NCBI GenBank assembly: GCA_965277285.1
Contig: OZ255721.1
Span: forward strand, 3,456,001 to 3,520,000
DNA: 64,000 bases
Source of the DNA: Abditibacteriaceae bacterium
GTDB lineage: Bacteria; Armatimonadota; Abditibacteriia; Abditibacteriales; Abditibacteriaceae
Direction of reading: 5' to 3'
The notes under the pieces were generated by a model. That model saw only the letters and a list, made by a program, of their open reading frames with translations. It made no database searches and was not told the origin of the DNA. Shown here in pieces: positions 41,725-51,890 of the stretch; the first letter of the stretch is position 1; each line of letters begins with the position of its first letter. The translations under genes were made by a program, and so were the position numbers.

Positions 41725-43122
41725 CTAAAAACGTCGGCGCGCGCGCGCTTTGGGATGAACGCGTTGCGGCGTGCGAGGCGTATCAGACTGCGGCGCGTCA
41801 AGCGAAGATTCGCTGCTTTCCATTGTCGCAGCTGCTTCATCTTCCTCACCCGAAGTTGGCACATCATCAACGCTTGAGGTGAGAAGATTCGGCGTTGCGA
41901 CGGAACTTTCCGGCGTCGCGGTTGGAATTGTTTCGCTTGTTGTCGCCGTGTTCGTTACTACCGCAGTTGTTGCACTTGGTGTCGTAATTGGTGCGGTGGT
42001 TGAAGCGAAGGATGCGCGACGCGTCGTCGGAACACTGGACGAAGTCACGGCGGTTGCGGCAACGGGCGTGCGCGAAGTCGCGTTTCGAGTACTCGATAAC
42101 GTTGTTGAACGCGGCGCAATGACTGTTGACGCTCGCAAGTCGCGCGCTTGAGCGGCTTTCTTCTCGTCCCAGCGATGCCACGCGACGAGCACCATCGAGG
42201 CGTTGAAAATCGAGGAATATAAACCCGATGCGATGCCGATCAGCATCGCCAGGACAAAGTTGTAAATGCTTTCGCCGCCCAACAGCAGCAAAACGAACAG
42301 CATAATCAAAACCGTCAAACCCGTGTTGATCGAGCGGCTCATGGTTTCCAACAGCGAATCGTTGACGACTTTTTCAAACGATTCTTTGCGACGCAAGCGC
42401 AAGTTTTCGCGCAAACGGTCGAAAATCACCACGCTGTCGTTGATCGAATAACCAACGACCGTCAACAACGCCGCGATAAAAGCGCCATCAATTTCGACGC
42501 GGCGATCAATGTGGCCAATCAAGGCGAACAATCCGATTAAAACCAGAACGTCGTGAACCAGCGCGACCACACCGGCGACCGCGTAACGCGTTCCATCACC
42601 GGCAAAGTTGTAGCGAATATAAATCCACAAGGCGATCAAAGCGACGCCCAGCAAAACGCCAGTTACCGCATTGCGCTTCAGTTCATCGCCGATGACCGGC
42701 CCAACGAACTGCTGTCCCAATGGCGTCAGTTGCGCGGGCTGTCCGTTTTGATTGGTGCCACCCGCAAAAAGCGTCGTCAGGGCGCGACGAACGCGCGTCT
42801 CCTGTCCCGTCAGTTCACTTTGACCTTTAGCGTCGGTCTTGATGACAATCGTGTCGCCGCCTGCGATTTGCGGCAGCGTCTTGATGCCCTGCGTTTCGAG
42901 TGCGCTGCGCGCCTTGTCCAAAAGCGCGACTTCTTGTCCGCTTTGCGGTCGCATTGAATACGGAATGCGGTATTGGAACTGGCCGCCGCCCTTGAAATCG
43001 ATGCCCAGGTTGAGGCCGAATAAGCCCCACGACGCCATGCCGACCAGAATCAAAGCCAGCGAAATGCCGAACCAAAGGTTCATCTTGCCGACCAGATCAA
43101 TGTGTTTTCGTCTGAAATCCAT
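41725..43122 (-). CDS. secF: Protein translocase subunit SecF with long S/T/P-rich tail
   Basis: LGIDFKGG, VGPVIG, LVHDV, GYSINDSVVIFDRLRE, SRSINT. Confidence 0.96.
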   Translation of the reverse strand: MDFRRKHIDLVGKMNLWFGISLALILVGMASWGLFGLNLGIDFKGGGQFQYRIPYSMRPQSGQEVALLDKARSALETQGIKTLPQIAGGDTIVIKTDAKGQSELTGQETRVRRALTTLFAGGTNQNGQPAQLTPLGQQFVGPVIGDELKRNAVTGVLLGVALIALWIYIRYNFAGDGTRYAVAGVVALVHDVLVLIGLFALIGHIDRRVEIDGAFIAALLTVVGYSINDSVVIFDRLRENLRLRRKESFEKVVNDSLLETMSRSINTGLTVLIMLFVLLLLGGESIYNFVLAMLIGIASGLYSSIFNASMVLVAWHRWDEKKAAQARDLRASTVIAPRSTTLSSTRNATSRTPVAATAVTSSSVPTTRRASFASTTAPITTPSATTAVVTNTATTSETIPTATPESSVATPNLLTSSVDDVPTSGEEDEAAATMESSESSLDAPQSDTPRTPQRVHPKARARRRF

Positions 43123-43189
43123 GAGAAATTCTTTTTTATTAACCGCCAAGACGCAGAGTGCGCCAAGGGCAAACCAAGTTATTCAAGGG

Positions 43190-43259
43190 TTTGTCATTCT
43201 GAATGCAATGAAGAATCTATATGCGAAGTCAGATTCTTCATTGCATTCAGAATGACAAA
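43190..43259. repeat. GTCA-type REP pair between secD and secF
   Basis: TTTGTCATTCTGAATGCAATGAAGAATCT...AGATTCTTCATTGCATTCAGAATGACAAA. Confidence 0.8.
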
Positions 43260-43282
43260 CTGTAAATTTCATGCTCGTGAAA

Positions 43283-45397
43283 TTAGCGCAGTTTCGCGCC
43301 GCTCGCCACCGTTCGAGTACTCGATTCGCTTTCCATTGAGCTGCGCGAAACCGGACTGCCGAACAAATTGCGATTGCGCTCGCCCGCGCTAACAATGCTC
43401 CACATGAACAAGCGCGTCACGCTGATGGCGGAAAATAACGACAGCAAAACGCCGACGCCCAGCGTGAGAGCGAAACCTTTGACCGGGCCGGTTCCGAAGA
43501 AGAACAAGACAACTGCCGCGATCAGTGTTGTAACGTGCGAATCTAAAATCGCTGTCCAAGCGCGACTAAAAGCAGCGCGCAACGCGGCGGTAAAGGTCGG
43601 CTGAATCGCCATTTCCTCGCGCAAACGTTCAAACACCAAGATGTTCGTATCGAGCGACATCGCAATCGCCAGCAAGAATCCGGCGATGCCTGGCAACGTC
43701 AGCGTTCCGCCCAACAAAATGAAAACGGCGAGGTTGAGCACGCAATAAACGGCGAGCGCGAAGTCGGCCAAAAGTCCGGGCAAACGATAAAAGAAAATCA
43801 TAAACAGCGCGACTGCCGCCAATCCAATCGCGCCCGCGCGCAAACTTTTTAGCAGCGAATCGGTGCCCAACGTTGCCGAAACGGTGCGGTTTTCCACGAC
43901 GTCAATTGGCGCGGGAAGAGCGCCGCTATTCAACAACGAAGTCAAAGTTTGCGCTTCCTGAATAGTTTGAAAACCACCTGAAATCTGGCCGGTTCCATCA
44001 GTAATCGCGCTATTAACACTGGGCGCCGTGATGCAGCGTTCGTCCAAAAAAATGGGAATGTAACGGTTCTTGCTCGGGTCTGTATCAGCGTTCGGGTTTT
44101 GCACTTGTCGCGTCACATCGGCGAAACGTTTCACGCTATCACCCTGCAATTCAAAGGAAACGACGGGCTTCCCATTTTGATCGAAAACCGCTTTTGTATT
44201 CGGCTTCACGTCGTTGCCAGGAACAACCAATTGCGACATTTGACGAGCGACGCTGGTCGGAACCGGCGTCGTCGGGCGACCACTGGCGTCGGTTTTGTAG
44301 AAAGTCTCAGTTTCCTCACCAGTCGCTGGATCAGTCTGCTTAATCGGAATCAAGTCGGCGGGCAGCAAACGAATTTCCATCTGTGCCGTCGTTCCAATCA
44401 CCGCGACGGCTTTTTGCGGATCGTTGACGCCGGGCAACTGCACGATAATTCTGTCCGGCAATTGTTTTTGAATCAGCGGTTCGCTAACGCCCAGTTTATC
44501 GACGCGCGCGCGCACGATTTCGACTGTTCTATCCAGTCGCTCGCTCGCCTGATCCGCGCCCAAGCCGACTCCAGTACTCGATGCACCGGCGTTCGGGTCG
44601 TAGAACTTGGGGTCGCCATTCGGCGAAAACTTGACGCCCGCGACGTTGCGCAAAGCGGCATCAATAGCGGCTTTTTGCGCGTTGAACTCGGCGAGGTCCT
44701 TGGCTTGCGTGCGCACTTCGAGCGTGTCGCTGCTGCCTGTGGCAAAGTTCACGTCAGCGCGATCCAGGCCTGAACCGCCGTTCGCTAATGCTGTGCGAAC
44801 CTGCGCCAGAAACGCGTCTGAGGCATCGGCATCCGCCAATTTCTTGTCGAAGCGATAAGGAAACAGCGCGCGCCGAACTTGCAAAACCAGGCTGACGCCG
44901 CCGCGCAAATCCAATCCCAATTTGATGGCAGTGCCGCGTTGAAAAGGATAAATCGCGTAGTTGGTGGTCTGGAAAATCGGCGCAATCGGAAAATTGACGA
45001 AATCAGGGAGTTGCGGCAGAACCGAGCGCCCCAGCGTTTTAACCACGACCTGTTCGATGCGACCGGCGCGAGATTGAGCTTCCTGGCGCGTCGTCGCTTT
45101 GTCGGTGATGGTCGCGGTTTTGGCGTTCGGGTCGTAAGTCAAGCCTGTCGATGGCAAGGCGTCTTTACCGGACGGAAACTCGGTGGCAAGCGCGGCATCA
45201 ACCAATTCGGTGGCAGTTTTAGACGGTTGACCTTTGGCCGGTTTGGGCACCACTTGGTCGAAGGGCGTGGTGGAAGTAAAGGTGAGTGTGTAATTCTGTG
45301 GTTGCGGCGGCGCGCCAATCGGGTAGAAGATGAAACCCAGACACGCGAGAACCAGGAGCAAAAGGCCCAGATATTGGACCGGACGGCTACGAAGCAT
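43283..45397 (-). CDS. secD: Protein translocase subunit SecD
   Basis: LGLDLRGG, RVDKLGVSEP, SGALP, TLTLPGIAG, D.NILVFER, GTGPVKGFA. Confidence 0.97.
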   Translation of the reverse strand: MLRSRPVQYLGLLLLVLACLGFIFYPIGAPPQPQNYTLTFTSTTPFDQVVPKPAKGQPSKTATELVDAALATEFPSGKDALPSTGLTYDPNAKTATITDKATTRQEAQSRAGRIEQVVVKTLGRSVLPQLPDFVNFPIAPIFQTTNYAIYPFQRGTAIKLGLDLRGGVSLVLQVRRALFPYRFDKKLADADASDAFLAQVRTALANGGSGLDRADVNFATGSSDTLEVRTQAKDLAEFNAQKAAIDAALRNVAGVKFSPNGDPKFYDPNAGASSTGVGLGADQASERLDRTVEIVRARVDKLGVSEPLIQKQLPDRIIVQLPGVNDPQKAVAVIGTTAQMEIRLLPADLIPIKQTDPATGEETETFYKTDASGRPTTPVPTSVARQMSQLVVPGNDVKPNTKAVFDQNGKPVVSFELQGDSVKRFADVTRQVQNPNADTDPSKNRYIPIFLDERCITAPSVNSAITDGTGQISGGFQTIQEAQTLTSLLNSGALPAPIDVVENRTVSATLGTDSLLKSLRAGAIGLAAVALFMIFFYRLPGLLADFALAVYCVLNLAVFILLGGTLTLPGIAGFLLAIAMSLDTNILVFERLREEMAIQPTFTAALRAAFSRAWTAILDSHVTTLIAAVVLFFFGTGPVKGFALTLGVGVLLSLFSAISVTRLFMWSIVSAGERNRNLFGSPVSRSSMESESSTRTVASGAKLR

Positions 45398-45488
45398 TGA
45401 GAAACCTCTTGGGGAATAAGACTTTCAAATTATAACGCTGTGACGCCTCGCGGTCAACGAAATCGAGTACTCGAATGCGGCAAACGTC

Positions 45489-45517
45489 TTGAAACCTGTA
45501 TTGTGCGACGTTATAAT
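45489..45517 (+). promoter_or_regulatory. Sigma-70 promoter of tRNA-Val
   Basis: TTGAAA-17 bp-TATAAT. Confidence 0.8.
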
Positions 45518-45536
45518 GAAAGGCCATTGTTTCTGC

Positions 45537-45611
45537 GGGCGATTAACTCAGCGGGAGAGTGCCACCTTCACACGGTGGAAGTCGCTGGTTCGATCCCAGC
45601 ATCGCCCACCA
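45537..45611 (+). tRNA. tRNA-Val (anticodon CAC)
   Basis: GGGCGATTAACTCAGCGG...CCACC-TTCACAC-GGTGG...GGTTCGATCC...GCCCACCA. Confidence 0.97.
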
Positions 45612-46145
45612 AAAACCTATTCTTACTCTTTTAAGCCTTATTACGTAAGGCTTTGCGCGCTCCTCGCGCTTCTTCTGTTCCTCACACCACGAAGTTCAAC
45701 TGACAAGTTGGCTTCCACCTTCAAGATTTATTCTGTTCTGGTAAATACCTCGCAGTTTGCTGCTTTCCGCGCAATACGTTTGTGTTCCAAGCGCAACTCT
45801 CCGTTTCAGAGAGTTTGCCCTGACATAAAAAGTTACACTCGCATTCAATTACCGAACGCCGTTGTTTTGCTTTGGCGACCTCACATACAAAGCAGCAAAA
45901 GTTGCTGTCGCATGAGGTGACATCTCCTCGAAGAAAGCAGCGTTGCAAAAAAGCGTTGCGACGCGGCACTTCAATCGCGTTGCTCGTTCGCCGATCTGAA
46001 AAGCCGCATCTAAACGTCTGGGATACGGCTTTTTTGCTATTGGCGTCATTTGCTATTGGCGTCATTTGCTGTTGGTGTCAAGGGAATGTTGGTTTTTCGA
46101 TTCCTTTGATAGTTATGGATGACAGTTATGTATTGGAACCTTGCT

Positions 46146-48866
46146 ATGAAAACATACCGAAAGTGGACATCTTGGTTACTGATCACGGCGAGTTTTTTCA
46201 CTGTTTGTGGCGGAAGTCACGCGGCGCAATCAATGGCAGCGCAAAGTAGCGAAGCGGTGTCGCCATTGGCGGCGCTGGTTAATCCTCTGGTTGGAACCGA
46301 TGGCGCGGGGAATACTTTTCCTGGCGCCGTCGCGCCTTTTGGCATGATGCAGTTAAGTCCCAATCTGGAAAACAACGGCTACTATTACACCAACACGCGG
46401 ATGCACGGTTTCGTTGTCAACCTGATGAGCGGCAACGGCGGCGCGAACGAGGGCCAAGTCCTGATGACGGCGACGACCGGGCCGGTGAAAATCGCGCGCG
46501 ACGACACCGATTTTTCGTTTAATCATCAACAAGAAAGCGCTTCGGCGGGCTATTATCAAGTGCGGATGCAGCCTTTCGACATCAACGCCGAGATGACCAC
46601 AACGACGCGATGCGGTTTGCTTCGATATACTTTTCCGGCAGGCAAGCAGGCCAACATTCTGCTGCCTTTGAGCTACGCCAATACGCCGACGATTTTTAGC
46701 CACGTTCATTATGTGGACGATCACACGATCAGCGGCGATGTTTCCAGCGAATCGTTCGGTGGCGAGCGGCACGGCATTCCGGTGTATTTCGTGATGTCAT
46801 TCAGCAAGGCGTTCGCCAGTCATGGCACCTGGACCAATCGAGTACTCGATGCCAACAGCGGCGACGCCGCGCAAAACGACCGCAACACCGTCATCGGTTT
46901 TTATGGAAGTTATGCCGCGTCCGCCAGTCCGCAAACGGTCGAAGTGCGCATCGGTATGTCGTATGTGGATGCGAAGGGCGCTCTGGCCAACTTGAAGGCG
47001 GAAATGCCCACAGGCGGTTTCGATCATTATCGCGCACTCGCGGCGCAGGCGTGGAACACGGAACTGAGCCTGATCGATGTTCAGGGCGGGACGCTGACGC
47101 ATCGTCGCATCTTTTACACAGCGCTTTATCATGCTCTTATCGCGCCGACCATTTTCGAGGATGTTGACGGTCGCTATACGGGATTTGACGGCCAAATTCA
47201 CACCGTGCCGCCGGGTCACAAGCATCTTTACGCCACTTTTTCGGGTTGGGATATTTACCGCACCGAGTTCCCGTTGCTGGGCATCATCGAGCCGCAACGC
47301 GCCGGTGATATGGCGCAGTCCATTGTCGAAATGGCCAAGCAACTGGGCTACATTGATCGCTGGCCTCAACTCAATCAGCCGGCTACAGTGATGAACGGCG
47401 ACCCTCTCACGATTTGTTTGACCAACCTGTGGAACGCCGGAATTCGCAACTTCGATATGGAAACCGCTTACCGCTATATGTGGAAGCAGTCGCAGCCCGG
47501 CGACCCGCATTCGCACATCGACGTTTATCAAAGCTTCGATGAGGAAAAAGGCGGCGTCACGCTTAATCCCGATGTCAGCGTGGCGTCGGCGTTGGAATAC
47601 AACGTTTCTTTCGCGGCTTTAGGGCATCTCGCCCAAGCTTTGAACAAGCCCGACGACGCGAAGTATCTGTTTGGTCGCGCTCTCCAATATCGGGAAATGT
47701 ATAACTCGGCGAGCGGCTACCTTCAGGGACGAGATGCCAATGGCGTTTGGGATCAAAGTTTCGGTGGCTACACCGAAGGCAACCGCGACATTTATTTGTG
47801 GTTCGTGCCGCACGATGTTCAGGGATTGGTCGATTTGATGGGCGGCCCGGCGACCTTCGACAAGCGACTGGATAATTTTTTCGATCAAAAACAATATGAT
47901 CCGACAAACGAACCGGATATCCAGGCGCCTTTTCTGTACGACTACATCAACCGCCCGTGGAAGACGCAGCACATCGTGGCGCAGACAGCCGATCAGGTTT
48001 TTACCGACACGCCGGGCGGTCTGGCGGGCGGCAACGACGACTTGGGCACCATGTCGTCGTGGTATATCTTGTCGCAGTTGGGCTTTTATCCCGTTGATTC
48101 GGGCACGCCGTATCTTGAGGTCTGCACGCCGCGCTTTCCTCGCGTCGTGATCAATCTGTCGGCGACGCACGCCGGAAAGCAGTTCATCATCGAAGCGCCG
48201 AACGCCGCGCCCGACCAGGAATATATCCAGTCGGCGACTTTGAACGGCGCGCCTCTCGACAAACCCTGGTTCGACGAAGCCGCGATTTTGTCCAGCGGAA
48301 CCTGGACTGTGCAAGTGGGAGCGCAGCCCAACAAAAATTGGGGCGCCTCGCCGTTCAATCGGCCTCCTTCGCTTTCGACGGGCTTGACACACGTCCCGCA
48401 AAATCCAATTCTGCAGCCTCTCGGCGAGACGGATAAAAACGTGGTCTGGCGCTACAGCACCGATAAGCCGGCGGAAGATTGGTTCAAGGCGGGTTTCGAT
48501 GACACAAAATGGAAAAGCGGCCCTGGCGGTTTCGGCACCGATGACGTGGGCGTAACGCCGCGCACCGTTTGGAATACCGATGACATCTGGATGCGCCGCA
48601 CCGTGACGCTGCCCGCTGCTTTCAAGGCGCCCGTGGTATCGGCTTATCACGACCAGGACATCGACGTGTATTTGAACGGCGTTCTGGCCGCCCAAGTTTC
48701 CGGTTGGACGCACTCTTACGACGCGCTACCCATATCGGCACAGGCCGCCGCGACCTTGCACGAGGGCGCAAACGTGATGGCCATTCACGTCCACCATCCA
48801 GGCGACGGTCGCCATTTCGCCGACGCCAACCTCTTCGAGATGGACTGGCCCGAAAACGAACGATAA
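46146..48866 (+). CDS. GH92 alpha-mannosidase-like enzyme with C-terminal carbohydrate-binding-like domain
   Basis: VNPLVGT, FPGAVAPFGMMQLSP, FYTALYH, WDIYR, EG...Y.WFVPHD, NEPD, GNDDLGTMSSWY. Confidence 0.92.
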   Translation: MKTYRKWTSWLLITASFFTVCGGSHAAQSMAAQSSEAVSPLAALVNPLVGTDGAGNTFPGAVAPFGMMQLSPNLENNGYYYTNTRMHGFVVNLMSGNGGANEGQVLMTATTGPVKIARDDTDFSFNHQQESASAGYYQVRMQPFDINAEMTTTTRCGLLRYTFPAGKQANILLPLSYANTPTIFSHVHYVDDHTISGDVSSESFGGERHGIPVYFVMSFSKAFASHGTWTNRVLDANSGDAAQNDRNTVIGFYGSYAASASPQTVEVRIGMSYVDAKGALANLKAEMPTGGFDHYRALAAQAWNTELSLIDVQGGTLTHRRIFYTALYHALIAPTIFEDVDGRYTGFDGQIHTVPPGHKHLYATFSGWDIYRTEFPLLGIIEPQRAGDMAQSIVEMAKQLGYIDRWPQLNQPATVMNGDPLTICLTNLWNAGIRNFDMETAYRYMWKQSQPGDPHSHIDVYQSFDEEKGGVTLNPDVSVASALEYNVSFAALGHLAQALNKPDDAKYLFGRALQYREMYNSASGYLQGRDANGVWDQSFGGYTEGNRDIYLWFVPHDVQGLVDLMGGPATFDKRLDNFFDQKQYDPTNEPDIQAPFLYDYINRPWKTQHIVAQTADQVFTDTPGGLAGGNDDLGTMSSWYILSQLGFYPVDSGTPYLEVCTPRFPRVVINLSATHAGKQFIIEAPNAAPDQEYIQSATLNGAPLDKPWFDEAAILSSGTWTVQVGAQPNKNWGASPFNRPPSLSTGLTHVPQNPILQPLGETDKNVVWRYSTDKPAEDWFKAGFDDTKWKSGPGGFGTDDVGVTPRTVWNTDDIWMRRTVTLPAAFKAPVVSAYHDQDIDVYLNGVLAAQVSGWTHSYDALPISAQAAATLHEGANVMAIHVHHPGDGRHFADANLFEMDWPENER

Positions 48867-48949
48867 CAATACTCGAACGATGACGGCGCTGATTTCAAGT
48901 GTCGCCTGTCGTGCATCTTGCGAATGATGCACGAAGTCTGTCCAATCCC

Positions 48950-51745
48950 ATGAAACTCACAAATGCCGTAATTTGCGCTGCGTTATTGACATCGAGTACT
49001 CGATACGCCGGTCCTCTGCCTCTTCATGCCCAATCAACGACTGTGTCAATGACACTTTCGCCTGAACATCCCGAACTGTTGCAAAGCGCCATCAACGCCG
49101 CTTTCAAAGCGGGGCTTAAAAAGATCGTCGTGCCTGCGGGCGTTTATCAAATTCCATCGTCCATCACGGGCGACAATTTGGAATTCGCCGACTTGAAGGA
49201 CTTTGAAATCGACGCAACGGGCGCAACGTTTCTGATGCTGGACAACTCGAAAGGCGGCGTTTCCTTTCGCAATTGCCAGAACGTAACGCTGCGCGGTGCC
49301 ACGATTCGCAACGCCACGTTTCCCTTTACGCAGGGAACAATTGCCACCATTGCGTCCGACCGCAAATCGTTCGAGTTGAAAATCGACGCCGGTTATCCCG
49401 CCACGCTCGACGACACCAAAGCCTTCGACGCGCGCACGACGTATTACGTTTTCGACCGCGTGACGCGCCGCCTCAAAACTGGTACTTACGACTATGGCAG
49501 TGCGGGCGTGACGCGGCTAAGCGCCGACCGTTTTCAGATTTCGTTCGACAACGCGCTGGGCAGCGAAGTCGAAGTCGGCGATTTGACTTCGATGCGCGGG
49601 CGCGGCGCAAGCGGTTTGCACAACGATAATTGCACGAACATGAACATCATCGGTGTGTCGGTGCAATCGTCCGGCGGCTTTGGCTTTTTCGAGACGGGCG
49701 GCGTGGGCGGCAATCATTATGACGGAGTTTCGGTCAAGCCCGGCCCCAAACCTCAAGGTGCGACTGCCGATCCGTTGATGAGCGAGAACGCTGACGGCTT
49801 CCATTCGGCGGGCACCAAAAAAGGGCCGACGATTGAAAATTCGCTGTTTACGCGGATGCCCGACGACGGCATCGCCATTCACGGCGAATATCAGATGGTG
49901 CGCCAAAGCCAGAACGACACGCTGACCTGTATGCGTCCTTGGCCTGGCCTGCCGTACTCAGTTGGAGATCGCGTGACGCTGGTCGCTAAAAACGGCGTTC
50001 CAATGGGCGAAGCGATTGTGACGAATGTCAAGCCGCTCGCCGATAACTTGCTGCCGCCGTTGCAAACCGATTTTGCACACTTCCGCGACAATCGCTTCTT
50101 TTTCCAATTGACGCTGGACAAGCCTCTCAAGGCTTATGAAGGAGATGTGGTGTCGAATCTCGACCAAACGGGCAACGGGTTCATTTTGCGCAACAACACA
50201 ATTCTCGATCATCGCGCGCGTGGAATGCTGCTCAAGGCGCGCGATGGATTGGTCGAAAACAATCTGGTTGACGGCAGTTCCATTGCGGGCCTGGTGATGG
50301 GGCCGGAGATGTGGTGGGGCGAAGCGAACTACGCGCAAAACGTCGTCATTCGAGGCAACACTTTCGCGCATTGCGGCTATGCCACGACCGGCCCGTGGAA
50401 CGATCAGGCGGGCGTCTTGAGCGTTTTGGCAACCGGCGATTCGCCCGTTGCGCGCGGACACTCGAACATCAGAATCGAAAACAATTCGTTTGTCTCCAAC
50501 GACGGCGTGAACGTGGTTTTGGACGGTATCGAGTACTCGACATTCAAGAACAACACGTTCCTCAATGCCCAACGCGCTGAAAACAAGCGCGGCAAAGATC
50601 GCGGCATTGATGCTGGCGCTCTGGTGTGGATCGACCGCGCCAAAAATCTCCAAATCGAAGGCAACACAGCGCAACGATTGGGCGCTTTCAACACGGCTTT
50701 GGTGAAGATGAGCGCTCACGCCAGCGACATTCGTGGCGCGCAAAATGGCGTTCGCGTCAATGACGCCAAAATTGTAAACGTGCGTAATCCGCTCGATTTG
50801 CAATATATGGGCGACGGACAAATGCGCCGCGAAGTGCGCGATCCAGCCATCATCCGCGACGGCGACACATGGTACATGACTTTTACGATGTGGCCTTTCG
50901 CCAACCGCGAAGACAATCGCATGACGTTGCCCAACAACGGTTCGTCGCCTGGGATTCAATTGTTCTCATCCAAGGATTTGAAGACGTGGAAAGCGGAAAA
51001 CTGGCTGGTCAAATCGAGCGACTTGCCCGCCAATTCACCTTATAAACATCGTTTCTGGGCGCCGGAAATTCACCGTTTCGGCTCGAAGTTCTACATCATT
51101 TTCACCGCCGACAATTGGAGCAAGCCCGGCTACAATCCGGCGGGCAACTGGGGCCCGGCGGGTTATGCGTTTGTGGGCGTCGCCGACAAAGTGACCGGGC
51201 CTTATCGTCACATCACCTACATTCCCGACGGCGCCTGCGACACCACGCTTTTCCAGTCAGCCGACGGCGCAACTTACGCCGTGATGCCCAAATACCATAT
51301 CTTTATCCGCAAAATCGACTTGTCGAAATTGGATCAAGGCCAGGTGAAATGGCTAAGTCCAGAACAAAAGATTATCGATTCCGACAATGTTGGCACGCTG
51401 ATGAGCGACAAACCAAAGTATCTCGAAGGCCCGTGGGTCGAGCGCGTCGGTGAGAAATACGTGCTGTTTTACGCGCAAACCTTCGACAATTCGTATTGGA
51501 CAGGCGCGGCTTACGCCGACAATCCGCTTGGCCCGTGGAGCAAAGACCCGCGCGGCAAGGTGTTCGAGGGTGGCCATTTGAACGTTTTCGATGGCCCTGA
51601 CGGGCGCAAATGGTTTGCTTACCGCCGCGAACAAGACGCGCCGCAGCGAGGCACACCCGCCGCACAACCGATGGACTTCGACACGCGAGGCCGCGTCATC
51701 GTGGACGTGCCAACGGATCCCGCGCCTTCGCCTCAAACTTCGTGA
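48950..51745 (+). CDS. Secreted parallel beta-helix domain fused to a GH43-like beta-propeller
   Basis: NADGFH, DDGIAIHG and I.NN repeats; then RDP, WAPE, EGP motifs. Confidence 0.85.
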   Translation: MKLTNAVICAALLTSSTRYAGPLPLHAQSTTVSMTLSPEHPELLQSAINAAFKAGLKKIVVPAGVYQIPSSITGDNLEFADLKDFEIDATGATFLMLDNSKGGVSFRNCQNVTLRGATIRNATFPFTQGTIATIASDRKSFELKIDAGYPATLDDTKAFDARTTYYVFDRVTRRLKTGTYDYGSAGVTRLSADRFQISFDNALGSEVEVGDLTSMRGRGASGLHNDNCTNMNIIGVSVQSSGGFGFFETGGVGGNHYDGVSVKPGPKPQGATADPLMSENADGFHSAGTKKGPTIENSLFTRMPDDGIAIHGEYQMVRQSQNDTLTCMRPWPGLPYSVGDRVTLVAKNGVPMGEAIVTNVKPLADNLLPPLQTDFAHFRDNRFFFQLTLDKPLKAYEGDVVSNLDQTGNGFILRNNTILDHRARGMLLKARDGLVENNLVDGSSIAGLVMGPEMWWGEANYAQNVVIRGNTFAHCGYATTGPWNDQAGVLSVLATGDSPVARGHSNIRIENNSFVSNDGVNVVLDGIEYSTFKNNTFLNAQRAENKRGKDRGIDAGALVWIDRAKNLQIEGNTAQRLGAFNTALVKMSAHASDIRGAQNGVRVNDAKIVNVRNPLDLQYMGDGQMRREVRDPAIIRDGDTWYMTFTMWPFANREDNRMTLPNNGSSPGIQLFSSKDLKTWKAENWLVKSSDLPANSPYKHRFWAPEIHRFGSKFYIIFTADNWSKPGYNPAGNWGPAGYAFVGVADKVTGPYRHITYIPDGACDTTLFQSADGATYAVMPKYHIFIRKIDLSKLDQGQVKWLSPEQKIIDSDNVGTLMSDKPKYLEGPWVERVGEKYVLFYAQTFDNSYWTGAAYADNPLGPWSKDPRGKVFEGGHLNVFDGPDGRKWFAYRREQDAPQRGTPAAQPMDFDTRGRVIVDVPTDPAPSPQTS

Positions 51746-51825
51746 ACCGTTTGGCGTTTGAATCGAGTACTCGAAATCACAAGTTGTGTTTCTTCTACTT
51801 AATCGCGCACTCCCAATCGAGAGCA

Positions 51826-51868
51826 ATGCGAAAGCGGCTTCTCAAAACAAATTGAGAAGCCGCTTTGC
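51826..51868. terminator. Hairpin between convergent genes
   Basis: AAAGCGGCTTCTCAA...TTGAGAAGCCGCTTT. Confidence 0.75.
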
Positions 51869-51890
51869 TTATTCTTCTGGGTTTTTGGCG

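Noticed and set aside
45612..46110. Integrative element at tRNA-Val and short ORFs in this gap
   Set aside because: No integrase and no duplicated tRNA 3' end seen in the window; the ORFs lack motifs
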